A stretch of 64,000 nucleotides of DNA from the IMG/VR virus record IMGVR_UViG_3300046171_000155; one strand, 5' to 3'. Below the pieces are notes generated by a model. The model had not been told where the DNA came from and searched no databases. It saw only the letters and a program-made list of their open reading frames with translations. The stretch comes from a virus. Positions 10,136 to 19,400 of the stretch are shown in pieces (positions within the stretch are counted from its first letter, which is position 1; the number at the start of each line of letters is the position of its first letter). The position numbers and the translations under genes were made by a program.

Positions 10136-10514
10136 CTTCGTCTTGGTCTATAACTTTCTCATCACCCAACAGCATACGCTGCAATTCTGTAGTAGACCCG
10201 ACAAATAGATTATTATTAGTAGTTTTTGCTTCGGCAGGTTTGTCTTCTTTCTGAAGTTCTTTTTGTTTCTTGTTGAGGTCCATCAACTTGTCATTGACAT
10301 CTGCGATGCCCTTGATCATGCCAGACAGAACCTCAAACGCACGAGGGTGTTCACTCTCCCGCGCGACTTCAATCATGAGTTCTAGGGACTCGCGACCTTT
10401 CTCAATTAAGTCATAGTAAGTATCGCGAGAGTACTCATAGTCCTGTTCATGGACAAAGTTCTTTTTCTGGTCTTCGTCAAAAAGTCCAGGTGGTTTACGA
10501 TTGTCTCTCATCAC
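10128..10514 (-). CDS. gp16: Terminase small subunit gp16
   Basis: DYEYSR, ESEHPRAFEV, NNNLFVGSTTELQRML. Confidence 0.92.
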   Translation of the reverse strand: MMRDNRKPPGLFDEDQKKNFVHEQDYEYSRDTYYDLIEKGRESLELMIEVARESEHPRAFEVLSGMIKGIADVNDKLMDLNKKQKELQKEDKPAEAKTTNNNLFVGSTTELQRMLLGDEKVIDQDEDE

Positions 10515-11253
10515 TTATCACCAAGTTAAAACCATAATCACTGTCTGGGGTCACATCAATCGGATCTGGAGTCACCGTTATTAATTCCGCAAACTCGTTG
10601 TCATTAGTATTTAGATCGACATTAACCTCGCGAATAACTGGTCCAGACTGTACAGGACCGTAGAAGTTCATCTTCATATCAAACGATAGAGTGTATATAA
10701 TAGTTCGTCTCTGTTCAATCGCGCCTTCGAAGTCGTCTGATAAATTGACACCAACAAGTGATACAGGGACGTCTTCTTTGATATCAGGTTCGTCTGTAAA
10801 TGGTTTGACTGTCAACGTATATTGCGGCGCAAAGTATGGTATGACTTGTTCTACGACTTGCAGCGCATCATCTTGTGACTTTGCATAAATGTGAAGTTCA
10901 AAACTAATTGTATAAGGTACGCCCACATATCTGCGAAATTGAGAGTCGTCGTTAGATGTAACATAACTATTAATCTTAGGAAGTTGTCGAGTAGGGTCAT
11001 ATATGATGGAGACGATCTCGAAAGACATCCTAGGAAGTTTAAGTGCGACCCTGCGTTCTGCTTCTTCGCCGTTTGTCATCTCCTCTAGACGCTCTATGAA
11101 CGATCTGGCGGGTGCATATGACAGAGGCACCTTTACTTGAGATAATACCTTTCCGCTTGATGCGGTGCGCAGTATATTGATGTTATCAAACATAGAACCA
11201 AACAGCGCAACACAAGTGCGCACACGTTTGTGATAGAAGTGTCCGCCCATCAT
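10495..11253 (-). CDS. gp15: Tail sheath stabiliser / terminator gp15
   Basis: FYHKRVR..VALFGSMF, KVPLSYAP, LPRMSFE, DALQVVEQVIPYFAP. Confidence 0.93.
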   Translation of the reverse strand: MMGGHFYHKRVRTCVALFGSMFDNINILRTASSGKVLSQVKVPLSYAPARSFIERLEEMTNGEEAERRVALKLPRMSFEIVSIIYDPTRQLPKINSYVTSNDDSQFRRYVGVPYTISFELHIYAKSQDDALQVVEQVIPYFAPQYTLTVKPFTDEPDIKEDVPVSLVGVNLSDDFEGAIEQRRTIIYTLSFDMKMNFYGPVQSGPVIREVNVDLNTNDNEFAELITVTPDPIDVTPDSDYGFNLVISDERQS

Positions 11254-12134
11254 GGTGTTAGATCTCCAAACGGATTAGACTCTGTGAAGTCTAGGAAGTC
11301 TTCTGCAAAGTCATCAAAGGTGCGTTTCTGCGCTAAGCGATCAATCTCGTTGATCCCCTCTTCTTCAGAAATAGGTGTGAGTGACGCATACTCACCAATA
11401 ACAGGTCTGTCTGTTGCCCACTCGTGATACTTACCATCTGTACCGCCAGTATGTGCAATCTTGAGAATACGCGTGTCGTGATTCCAAGAAGTGACTTCGC
11501 CCTCAAGACGGAAGTCATCGAACTCTTGATAAACATCTTCGCCGACAAGGTAATAGATCTCACGACCCATGCCTTCGTCTGGCATCTTGAGTTCGTATTG
11601 GAATGCGCCTTCGACTTCAACATTATCAATTCCAGGAATACCAGTGTCGAAGTCTTCGTCTGAGAACTCGAACAACTCGCATTGCATACGGAACAGAGGT
11701 AGTTGAGATAGCTGATAGAAAGGAGACTCGGTCTCTACTTTCATAACTTGGAATAATGATTCGGATAACGGCAAGTATATAACATCACCTTCACGTGGAC
11801 GGAATTGTGCATCTGAAAGACGATCACCAATCAAGTGTTTCCATCTACGACGTGCGATAACAAATGTCGCCTGATCACGCAACTCAATACCGAACTTAGT
11901 GAACAGATCGCCCTCTCCTTCGAAACCTTCTGTGTTCTCGATGTACACTTCTACTTTGTAGGCGTCAGAGAACTGAGACTGGATGCTGTCAAGGAAGATA
12001 TCCTCTGACGCCACAATCTCGCGAGGCAGATAATATACATCCTGACCATACATCTTGATCGACTCAATGATCAGATCTTCATACAAGTCTTGTTCTGGAC
12101 GATACTTCTGTGAAAAATATGGGTTAGTAGCCAT
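11250..12134 (-). CDS. gp14: Neck protein gp14
   Basis: NPYF..EQDLYEDLIIESIKMYGQDVYYLPRE, FTKFGIE, RPREGDVIYLP. Confidence 0.93.
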   Translation of the reverse strand: MATNPYFSQKYRPEQDLYEDLIIESIKMYGQDVYYLPREIVASEDIFLDSIQSQFSDAYKVEVYIENTEGFEGEGDLFTKFGIELRDQATFVIARRRWKHLIGDRLSDAQFRPREGDVIYLPLSESLFQVMKVETESPFYQLSQLPLFRMQCELFEFSDEDFDTGIPGIDNVEVEGAFQYELKMPDEGMGREIYYLVGEDVYQEFDDFRLEGEVTSWNHDTRILKIAHTGGTDGKYHEWATDRPVIGEYASLTPISEEEGINEIDRLAQKRTFDDFAEDFLDFTESNPFGDLTP

Positions 12135-12137
12135 AAC

Positions 12138-12920
12138 TTACCCCATGAAGAAAATTGGACCTTCGTCCTCTTCTTCTCTAAATTTAGTCATAATGCGTTC
12201 GATGTCTTGCAATGCATCTTCATAGATCTGCCTTGCATTGACCGTGGTGCCGCCTGGTAATACCATACCGTCAAACTTGATCAGATTGAGACCCCACTGT
12301 CTTTTGATAAGCGCAGTAGCGTATTCTTTTACAAACTTGTGGTTCCAGAGAGAGTTGTATTCGTTTACTGAGTCGTCTGGGTTTCGAATGCCATAAACCT
12401 CAAAAACGACATAATCACCTTCTGTCATATTGTGTTTCGAAATATGCAGATTGACACGGTTGTATTGTCTGTCGAATGTAATCTGTGGTGTGCCCACTAG
12501 TTTCATATCAAGTAATGACAGATGTTGTTGCATAGATTCGTAGTGCGCAAGGTCTGCCATATAACCACCACCACTTGTAAAGTCGGTGACAGTAAACTTG
12601 ACTAGTTGCCATGCATCACTAAACCAACCTGACTGGGTTGCAGTCCAAGACATAGGCAACATTCGAACTACCGCAGACAAGTCTAAATCATCAGCAAAGT
12701 CAATATACTTATTTTCAATATCTTGTGCGGTTAGTTGGTGCTTTAGATAGTAACGGCGAGAACCGTCTGGATGATGTTCACGAAACCACTGTAACGCTTC
12801 ATCTATGCGATCGTCTAATTGCTCTTCGTCAATGTTTATCTCAACGACAGGGTGACCTAACGCCCTCAAGCAATAATCTATCAATTCGTCTCGGTCAGTA
12901 GAATACATGTTAGTGTCCAA
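12138..12920 (-). CDS. gp13: Neck protein gp13
   Basis: LIDYCLRALGHPVVEINIDEEQLDDRIDEAL, YATALIKRQWGLNLIKFDGMVLPGG. Confidence 0.93.
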   Translation of the reverse strand: MDTNMYSTDRDELIDYCLRALGHPVVEINIDEEQLDDRIDEALQWFREHHPDGSRRYYLKHQLTAQDIENKYIDFADDLDLSAVVRMLPMSWTATQSGWFSDAWQLVKFTVTDFTSGGGYMADLAHYESMQQHLSLLDMKLVGTPQITFDRQYNRVNLHISKHNMTEGDYVVFEVYGIRNPDDSVNEYNSLWNHKFVKEYATALIKRQWGLNLIKFDGMVLPGGTTVNARQIYEDALQDIERIMTKFREEEDEGPIFFMG

Positions 12921-12933
12921 TAAAGATTATTTC

Positions 12934-12954
12934 TATTTATACCTTCTATTTATA
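12934..12954 (-). promoter_or_regulatory. Two tandem late promoters (TATAAATA at 12934-12941 and 12947-12954)
   Basis: Two exact consensus copies upstream of gene 13. Confidence 0.75.
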
Positions 12955-12961
12955 CAAATAT

Positions 12962-12988
12962 AAAAAAAGGGGACCGAAGTCCCCTTTC
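12962..12988 (-). terminator. Rho-independent terminator
   Basis: AAAGGGGAC-TTCG-GTCCCCTTT followed by a T-run. Confidence 0.9.
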
Positions 12989-13006
12989 TTATTCACTAAT
13001 CTGAGA

Positions 13007-16000
13007 TTAGTTAACTAGAGTACCAGCAACATTATAAACGTTGATACGGTAGTAAGTACCTTCCTGACCATCTAGCTTGTCAGCGTCATCTGAAGCAACA
13101 GACTCGGCAACACGTAGTGAAGACTCAGCTTCTGTTTCGTCAACTGAAATTTCACCAGTTGTTGAGTTGTACGTGATACATAGACCACCAGATAGGCAAT
13201 CTTTAGTGCGTTGCTCTGTCCAGTACTTGTTGACTGAACCTTCTGATACATTATCAGTGTTCCATGCTTCGATTCCTGTTACAGAACCTTCTAGTGCAGA
13301 GATGCGTGTGGTGTTAGAAGTAACAACACCTGTAATACTATCGTCTGCCGACTGGAATGCTGCAACGATCTCTGTTAGAGAATCTAGAGCAGCTGGATCA
13401 GTGTTAGAAGTGATGAAATCGATTTGAGCTTGAAGCGCACTATCGCCAGACTGACGATCACCGATCTCTGTGTTTAGAGCTGCAGTGATTGCGTTATCGC
13501 CTGCGATACGAGCATCTGCTTCGTCACTGATATCGCCAGCCAGAGCAAGATCTGCAGAGGCGCGAACTGCCGCTTCTGCGTCAATGTTATTCTGTAGGAC
13601 ACCGTCTGCCGCGATACGCGCAGCTTCTTCTGCATCGATTGCGTCTTGTAGGTCACTTACATCACCGCTTGTAGAACCGCTTAGTGCAGTGATTTGAGAC
13701 TGCAAATTAGCGTCTGCAGCGGTACGTGCCGTACTTTCAACTGCAAGTGCCGCAGCCGCAACCGCTGTTACATCCGAGTCACCACCATCAACATATGACT
13801 TGTTTGCAGCAAGATTTGCTGAAGTTGGTTCGTCAACGATTACTTGTGAACCACCGAAGTGTACTAGACCATCTTGCCAATCAATAGTTGATCCTGGCTG
13901 TTCTACCTTTAGTGTTCCTTCAACTACGATTTGGTTAGAAGCAATACGACCTTGAATGTAATCAGTGAACTCGTAGTCTGTTCCGTTCCACTTCAAGAAA
14001 TCACCAGAATCCGCAGCAGAAACATTCAAGTGTTGGTCGATCTCTGCCTTAGTAGCAGTACCGAAACCACCACCAGTGATTGTTGATGAACCGAAGTTTA
14101 TTATAGAACCTTCGAAATCAACAGTTCCTGTTTGAACTTTTAGGTCATTCGATTCAATTGTGTCAATGAATCCACGGTTAGCGTAAACATCATTAGCGTT
14201 CTTGATGTTGTTACTATCCATGTCAACTTCAGCAGTCATCTGAATATCAGTTGAACCTGAAGATGTGCTGATACCCGCAGTACGTGCGTTCGTTGCAGCA
14301 ATTGCCGAAGCGTTTACGCCTTCAGCAGCAGTTGCGCGAGCAACTTCTGCGTCATGGTCTACTTGACTTGCCTTAGTAGCAATCGAAGCAGTAACAGTTG
14401 ATGCGAAGTTCGCGTCGTCGCCAAGTGCCGCAGCTAGTTCGTTCAATGTGTCTAGTGCCGCAGGAGCAGCATCTACTGTAGCAGCAACAACCTGATCAGC
14501 ATATGCCTTGGCATCTGCTTCAGCAGCGTCTGCTTTCGCGGTTGCGTCAGCGGATGCAGTTGAGATTGCTTCTGACTTAGCAGTAGCGATTGCAGTAGTT
14601 AGAGATGAAGTATCTCCAGACTGAGTTGCAGCCAATGCGTCTAGTTCTGAGTGTACTTCGTTGATCGCTGGAACAACTTGAGTTGCAGTTGTGTCTAGTG
14701 AAACAGTTGGTGGTTCAGTAGTCTTTAAACTCAGACCAGAAAATCGCAAAGCTTTATCGGAACCCGCCTGATTAACAATGAATACTACATCCATACTTGT
14801 CTGTGTAGCAGTAAATGTTTCACTATACTCTGTAGCTACACCGTTGGTGATAGGTATATATTCGACAGTATTGCTAGGATGAGATCCGGAAGTGATTACA
14901 TCTCCGTCAGTAACTTGAATAGAACCACTACCAGTAGTAGATTGAGTAGTTGTTGATAATGTATATTCTTCCCCAACTGTCAATCCTGTGATTCTCTGGT
15001 GTGCAACATATGCCTGACCGCCTCTAGTAAAAGTTCCGATACCGCTTACCGAATTAGTAGCATTAGGGCCCCAATCATTGACATAATATGCAGAAGCACT
15101 GTTGCTATAGAGTTCTGCATGTACTGGTGGTGCGCCCTTAACATACGTGTCAAGTGTAGCAACCGTAGTCTTGTCTTCTTTCAGCGCAAGAGCAGCAGTA
15201 GTTGCGGCATCGTCTGCCTTAGTGGCAATCGAAGCAGTAACAGTTGATGCAAAGTTTGCGTCGTCACCAAGTGCAGCTGCCAACTCGTTAAGAGTATCCA
15301 GTGCAGCAGGAGCGGCGTCAACAGTTGCAGCGACAACTTGATCGGCATATGCTTTAGCGTCTGATTCTGCCTGATCTGCCTTAGTAGTTGCATCTGCAGC
15401 AGCAGTTGAGATTGCTTCTGACTTAGCAGTTGCAACAGCAACGGTCAGTGCATCGACTTCAGTGTGTAGTTCGTTGACCGCTGGAACAACTTGAGTTGCA
15501 GTTGTATCTAACGCAAGAGGACTAGTGACACTAGGTGATGATACTGTTATGTCAGAGAAACGCATCTGGTCCCCGTGACCATTAACAATGAACACTATGT
15601 CCATAGTTGATTCGGTAACAGTAAACTGCTGTTCTAGTGTTGTACCTGCATCGTCTCCAGTAACTAATAATGTAGCGCTAACAGTTCCTGGCGTTGGGAA
15701 GTTAGAGCTCTCAGGGAACGTCGCTGCACCATTAACCATGTAGATGTAACCAGTCTCAGTGGTTGTGTGTACAGATGCACTTAATGTATATGTCGCACCA
15801 ACTTCTAAGTTAGTTAGTCTCTTGTATGCAACATATGCATAACCACCATTGTATCTTTGGAAAGATACGTGGTCGCCATTGTTGTAGAAACTACCTTCAT
15901 GTACTGCACCTGCGTGGTACATGCCAGAAACAGTCGTAATATCACCGTATGCATCAAGAGGTTCACCATGACCTTTAACAAACGTGTCAAGTGCATCAAC

Positions 16001-16339
16001 ATCAGCAGGAGTCGCAACACCACTTGTTAAAGTAGCATTAATTGTAGCAATGTCGGATGAGTTAGACGCAACACTTGCCACTAGGTTTGTATCTGCATCT
16101 TGGAATGCAGTTACGATTTCTTGTAATGTATCCAGAGTTTCTGGAGACGTACCTAGAATCGCGGTAACTTGCGCTTGCAGGTCTGCGATGTCAGCAGCAG
16201 TTAACTCTGCTACTGCTTCTTGGATGGCACCTGCGACAACTTTGCCGTCAGCACCAATAACAATAACGTCGTCGATGGAAAGTCCACCACCGTGGATATC
16301 GGCTCCGTTCTGTATTCTAAATTTTTTATTTGTAGACAT
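13007..16339 (-). CDS. Fibre/whisker protein (1110 aa): coiled coil with two inserted carbohydrate-binding-like beta domains
   Basis: Phage fibre repeat ALDTLNELAAALGDDANFASTVT occurs twice; Ala-rich heptads; sits at the wac/fibritin position upstream of gene 13. Confidence 0.7.
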   Translation of the reverse strand: MSTNKKFRIQNGADIHGGGLSIDDVIVIGADGKVVAGAIQEAVAELTAADIADLQAQVTAILGTSPETLDTLQEIVTAFQDADTNLVASVASNSSDIATINATLTSGVATPADVDALDTFVKGHGEPLDAYGDITTVSGMYHAGAVHEGSFYNNGDHVSFQRYNGGYAYVAYKRLTNLEVGATYTLSASVHTTTETGYIYMVNGAATFPESSNFPTPGTVSATLLVTGDDAGTTLEQQFTVTESTMDIVFIVNGHGDQMRFSDITVSSPSVTSPLALDTTATQVVPAVNELHTEVDALTVAVATAKSEAISTAAADATTKADQAESDAKAYADQVVAATVDAAPAALDTLNELAAALGDDANFASTVTASIATKADDAATTAALALKEDKTTVATLDTYVKGAPPVHAELYSNSASAYYVNDWGPNATNSVSGIGTFTRGGQAYVAHQRITGLTVGEEYTLSTTTQSTTGSGSIQVTDGDVITSGSHPSNTVEYIPITNGVATEYSETFTATQTSMDVVFIVNQAGSDKALRFSGLSLKTTEPPTVSLDTTATQVVPAINEVHSELDALAATQSGDTSSLTTAIATAKSEAISTASADATAKADAAEADAKAYADQVVAATVDAAPAALDTLNELAAALGDDANFASTVTASIATKASQVDHDAEVARATAAEGVNASAIAATNARTAGISTSSGSTDIQMTAEVDMDSNNIKNANDVYANRGFIDTIESNDLKVQTGTVDFEGSIINFGSSTITGGGFGTATKAEIDQHLNVSAADSGDFLKWNGTDYEFTDYIQGRIASNQIVVEGTLKVEQPGSTIDWQDGLVHFGGSQVIVDEPTSANLAANKSYVDGGDSDVTAVAAAALAVESTARTAADANLQSQITALSGSTSGDVSDLQDAIDAEEAARIAADGVLQNNIDAEAAVRASADLALAGDISDEADARIAGDNAITAALNTEIGDRQSGDSALQAQIDFITSNTDPAALDSLTEIVAAFQSADDSITGVVTSNTTRISALEGSVTGIEAWNTDNVSEGSVNKYWTEQRTKDCLSGGLCITYNSTTGEISVDETEAESSLRVAESVASDDADKLDGQEGTYYRINVYNVAGTLVN

Positions 16340-16367
16340 TTTGTTTACCTTTTAGAATTTTGATTGA

Positions 16368-16390
16368 GGGGGAGAGCTGATCTCTCCCCC
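16368..16390. other. Intergenic GC-rich hairpin
   Basis: GGGGGAGAG-CTGAT-CTCTCCCCC with no clear U-tract; possibly an mRNA stability or processing element. Confidence 0.5.
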
Positions 16391-16409
16391 GACTATTGTA
16401 AAGTTGTTA

Positions 16410-19400
16410 TTATGCGTCAACGTAAGTTACTGAGACAGAAACTACAGCACCAGCAGATTCAGCAGTGTACAATAGTTCAACACTTGAACCGTTAACTTGT
16501 ACATCTGTATCACCTAGCAATGAAGATCCAGTAAATACGATACCGTATTCTACGATTGATGCGTTAGTTCCGTCGTGGACAACTAGACATTCGCGAGTCT
16601 CAAACTCACCACCATTCTCTACAGTAACGATGTACTTAGCAGAACGATATGTGCCTTTGTTGAATGCCGAAACGACTGTTGCAGATGTTCCTGCAATGAT
16701 GTCGTTACCCTGCTCGAACACCTTGATGTTGTCTGCAAGAGTTTCTAGACCAACCGACTTAGGATCTAGTACACCAACTGAGTTAGTAGACTGAGCAATT
16801 ACTACTGCCTGTGTACCAACTGGGATCGCACTGTTAAATGTGATCTGCTGGTTAACCGCATCGATAGAGTAGTGAGTACCTGGATCCTGAATAACACCAC
16901 CAACGAATACAATCGCGTTTTGATCTTGCGTGTAGAAGTTCAATGCGAATGTAGTCTGCGCACCGTCACCAGCCATTGTCTGACGCTGTGCGTTGTTGAA
17001 TGCCAACTGAGTTGGATCTTGTAGAGACATTCCGTCTAGAGTGTTATTTACACGTAGGACGTAACCATTCTTACCGTCGTATTCTGAATCAGTAACATCT
17101 GCAAGTTCTAGTAGAGTCTTAGCAGTGTCGATTGAGATTACACCAGTTGATGCGTTGTAAGATGCCTTACCTGCACCTTCAACATCTGTTAGAGATACTG
17201 AAGCACGAGCACGTTCTGTTGTGAAGTATTGGTTATCACCTTCTGCAACGTCATCTGTAGTGAACTGAGAGATATGTTGTGCCGCAAGACCTGCGTCCAA
17301 CTGACCCTTGTTTACTGCGTCTGTCGCTACTGTTCCGTTCGCAACACCCTCAACCTTGTTGCCAGACATGTCCAAGTTACCAGACATTGAATCGCCTGAC
17401 TTCTTGACACGAGCATCAATTTGAGTTTGTAGGTTTGCGTCCGCAGTAGCAAACTCACCACGAATCGCCGCACCCTGTGCCGCACGATCAATGATCTCTT
17501 GTGCAAGTCCAGAAGCGTTAGTAGCGATATCTGTTTGGTTAGTTTGGATTAGTGATAGTAGATCACCGTCTCCAGACTGTAGTGCAGCAACGATCTCTGT
17601 TAGAGAATCAAGTGCCGCAGAGTCTGTGTTAGATACGACAAAGTCGATCTGAGACTGTAGTGATGCTTCAACACCCTGTGCACGTGTAGACTCATCTACG
17701 ATTGACTGTGCGTTAGTTGTGATTAGTACACCGTTGGCAACTTCTGCCGCTGTTGCACGAGCAACTTCAGCAGCTAGTGAAGCACGGATGTCCGAATCTT
17801 CTGAAGCACGGAATGCAACTTCTGCGTCAATCTGTGACTGTAGGTTACCCTTGTTTCCGTTGTGAGAGTTATCAACCGCCTTGATTGCCGCGTCTAGTTT
17901 CGCAGCAGCATCTGCCAATGAAGTAGATGCATTCAGGTAGTTAGTTGTTGTTGGAGTGACATAAGTTCCGTCAGTTGCAAGACCTGCACCCAACTGTGTA
18001 GCAGACATCTCTGTTTCTAGTACAGTAGTACGAGAATCTAGAGCATTGTCGGCAGCAGCACGAGCGTTTGCTTCTGCTGTGATCTTACCATCTAGAACAT
18101 CATCTGCGTTTTCGCGTAGAGTTGCTTCGTTAGCAACGATTCCGTCTGCGTAAGTCTTAGCAGCAACTTCTGCGTCATCCGCTTCGTTTTCTGCGTAAGT
18201 CTGTGCAGAAGCAAGAACGACTGCGTCACGTGCGATGTAGTCTGTTTGATCGGTTGTACGATCAGCAGCTAGATCAATACGGATCTGTGTATCTGCAGCA
18301 GTACGATCAGCGATCTCTTGTACTAGAGCGTCACTGTCAGCGTCTGCGCGAGACTCAGCAGCAGTCATACGAGCTTCTACTGCGTCTACTTCACCGTGAA
18401 CTTCGTTTACTGCACCAGTGATTGTCTGTGCAGTTGTTTGGAATACACCAGTACCCAACTTAGTTTCTAGAGCGTCGATGTCACCTTCGTTGACAGTCAA
18501 ACGACCATCTTGTGCGGTGTTCTTAGTCTCAACCGCGTCCATGCGAGATTCTAGAGAATCGCCACGACCTTCGATTGAATCCATCTCTGTTTCTAGAGTT
18601 GAGATACGACCAGTATTAGAGTCTGCTTGAGTGTGTAACTCGTTTACAGCAGCAGTTACATTTGTCGCAACAGTTGCTAGAGTAGAAGTACCCATCTGAG
18701 ACTGTAGAGTGTCAACATGACCTTCTTCAGTAGTCATACGACCTTCTAGTGAAGTTGCACGACCTTCTACTGCGTCCATTTCAGACTGTAGAGTATCGAT
18801 TTCACCTTCAGCAGTTGTTACGCGACCTTCTAGAGCAGTTAGGTCACCAACTTCTATGTCTAGTTCAGCGTGCAGTTCGTTAACAGCAGCAGATAGATCA
18901 GTTGCAACAGTTGCTAGAGTAGCAGTTCCGACCTTAGTTTCTAGGTCGTCGATGTCACCTTCGTTTACAGTTGCGCGACCTTCTAGAGCAGTAGCACGTG
19001 CTTCAACAGCATCCATGTCTGCCTGTAGTTCGTCAACATGACCTTCTTCTGTAGTTACACGATTCTCTAGTGCAGTAAGATCAGCAGCTTCGCCGTCTAG
19101 TTCCGCATGTAGTTCGTTAATCGCGTCAGAAACATTTGTTGCAGTTGTGTGTAGAAGTGCAGAACCCTGCTTAGTTTCTAGGGCAGTTGCACGACCTTCA
19201 ACACCACTCAAACGACCGTTCTGAACTAGTTGATCAGAATCTAGACCGTTTAGACGGTTTGTGTGAGCAACATCTTTCGCTTCTAGGTCAGTAGCACGAA
19301 CTTCAACAGCGTCCATTTCTGATTCTAGAGTAGTTAGACGACCACCGTTAGCATCGATAACACCTTGTAGATCTGAATCTGCGTCTTGGAATGCAGTAAC

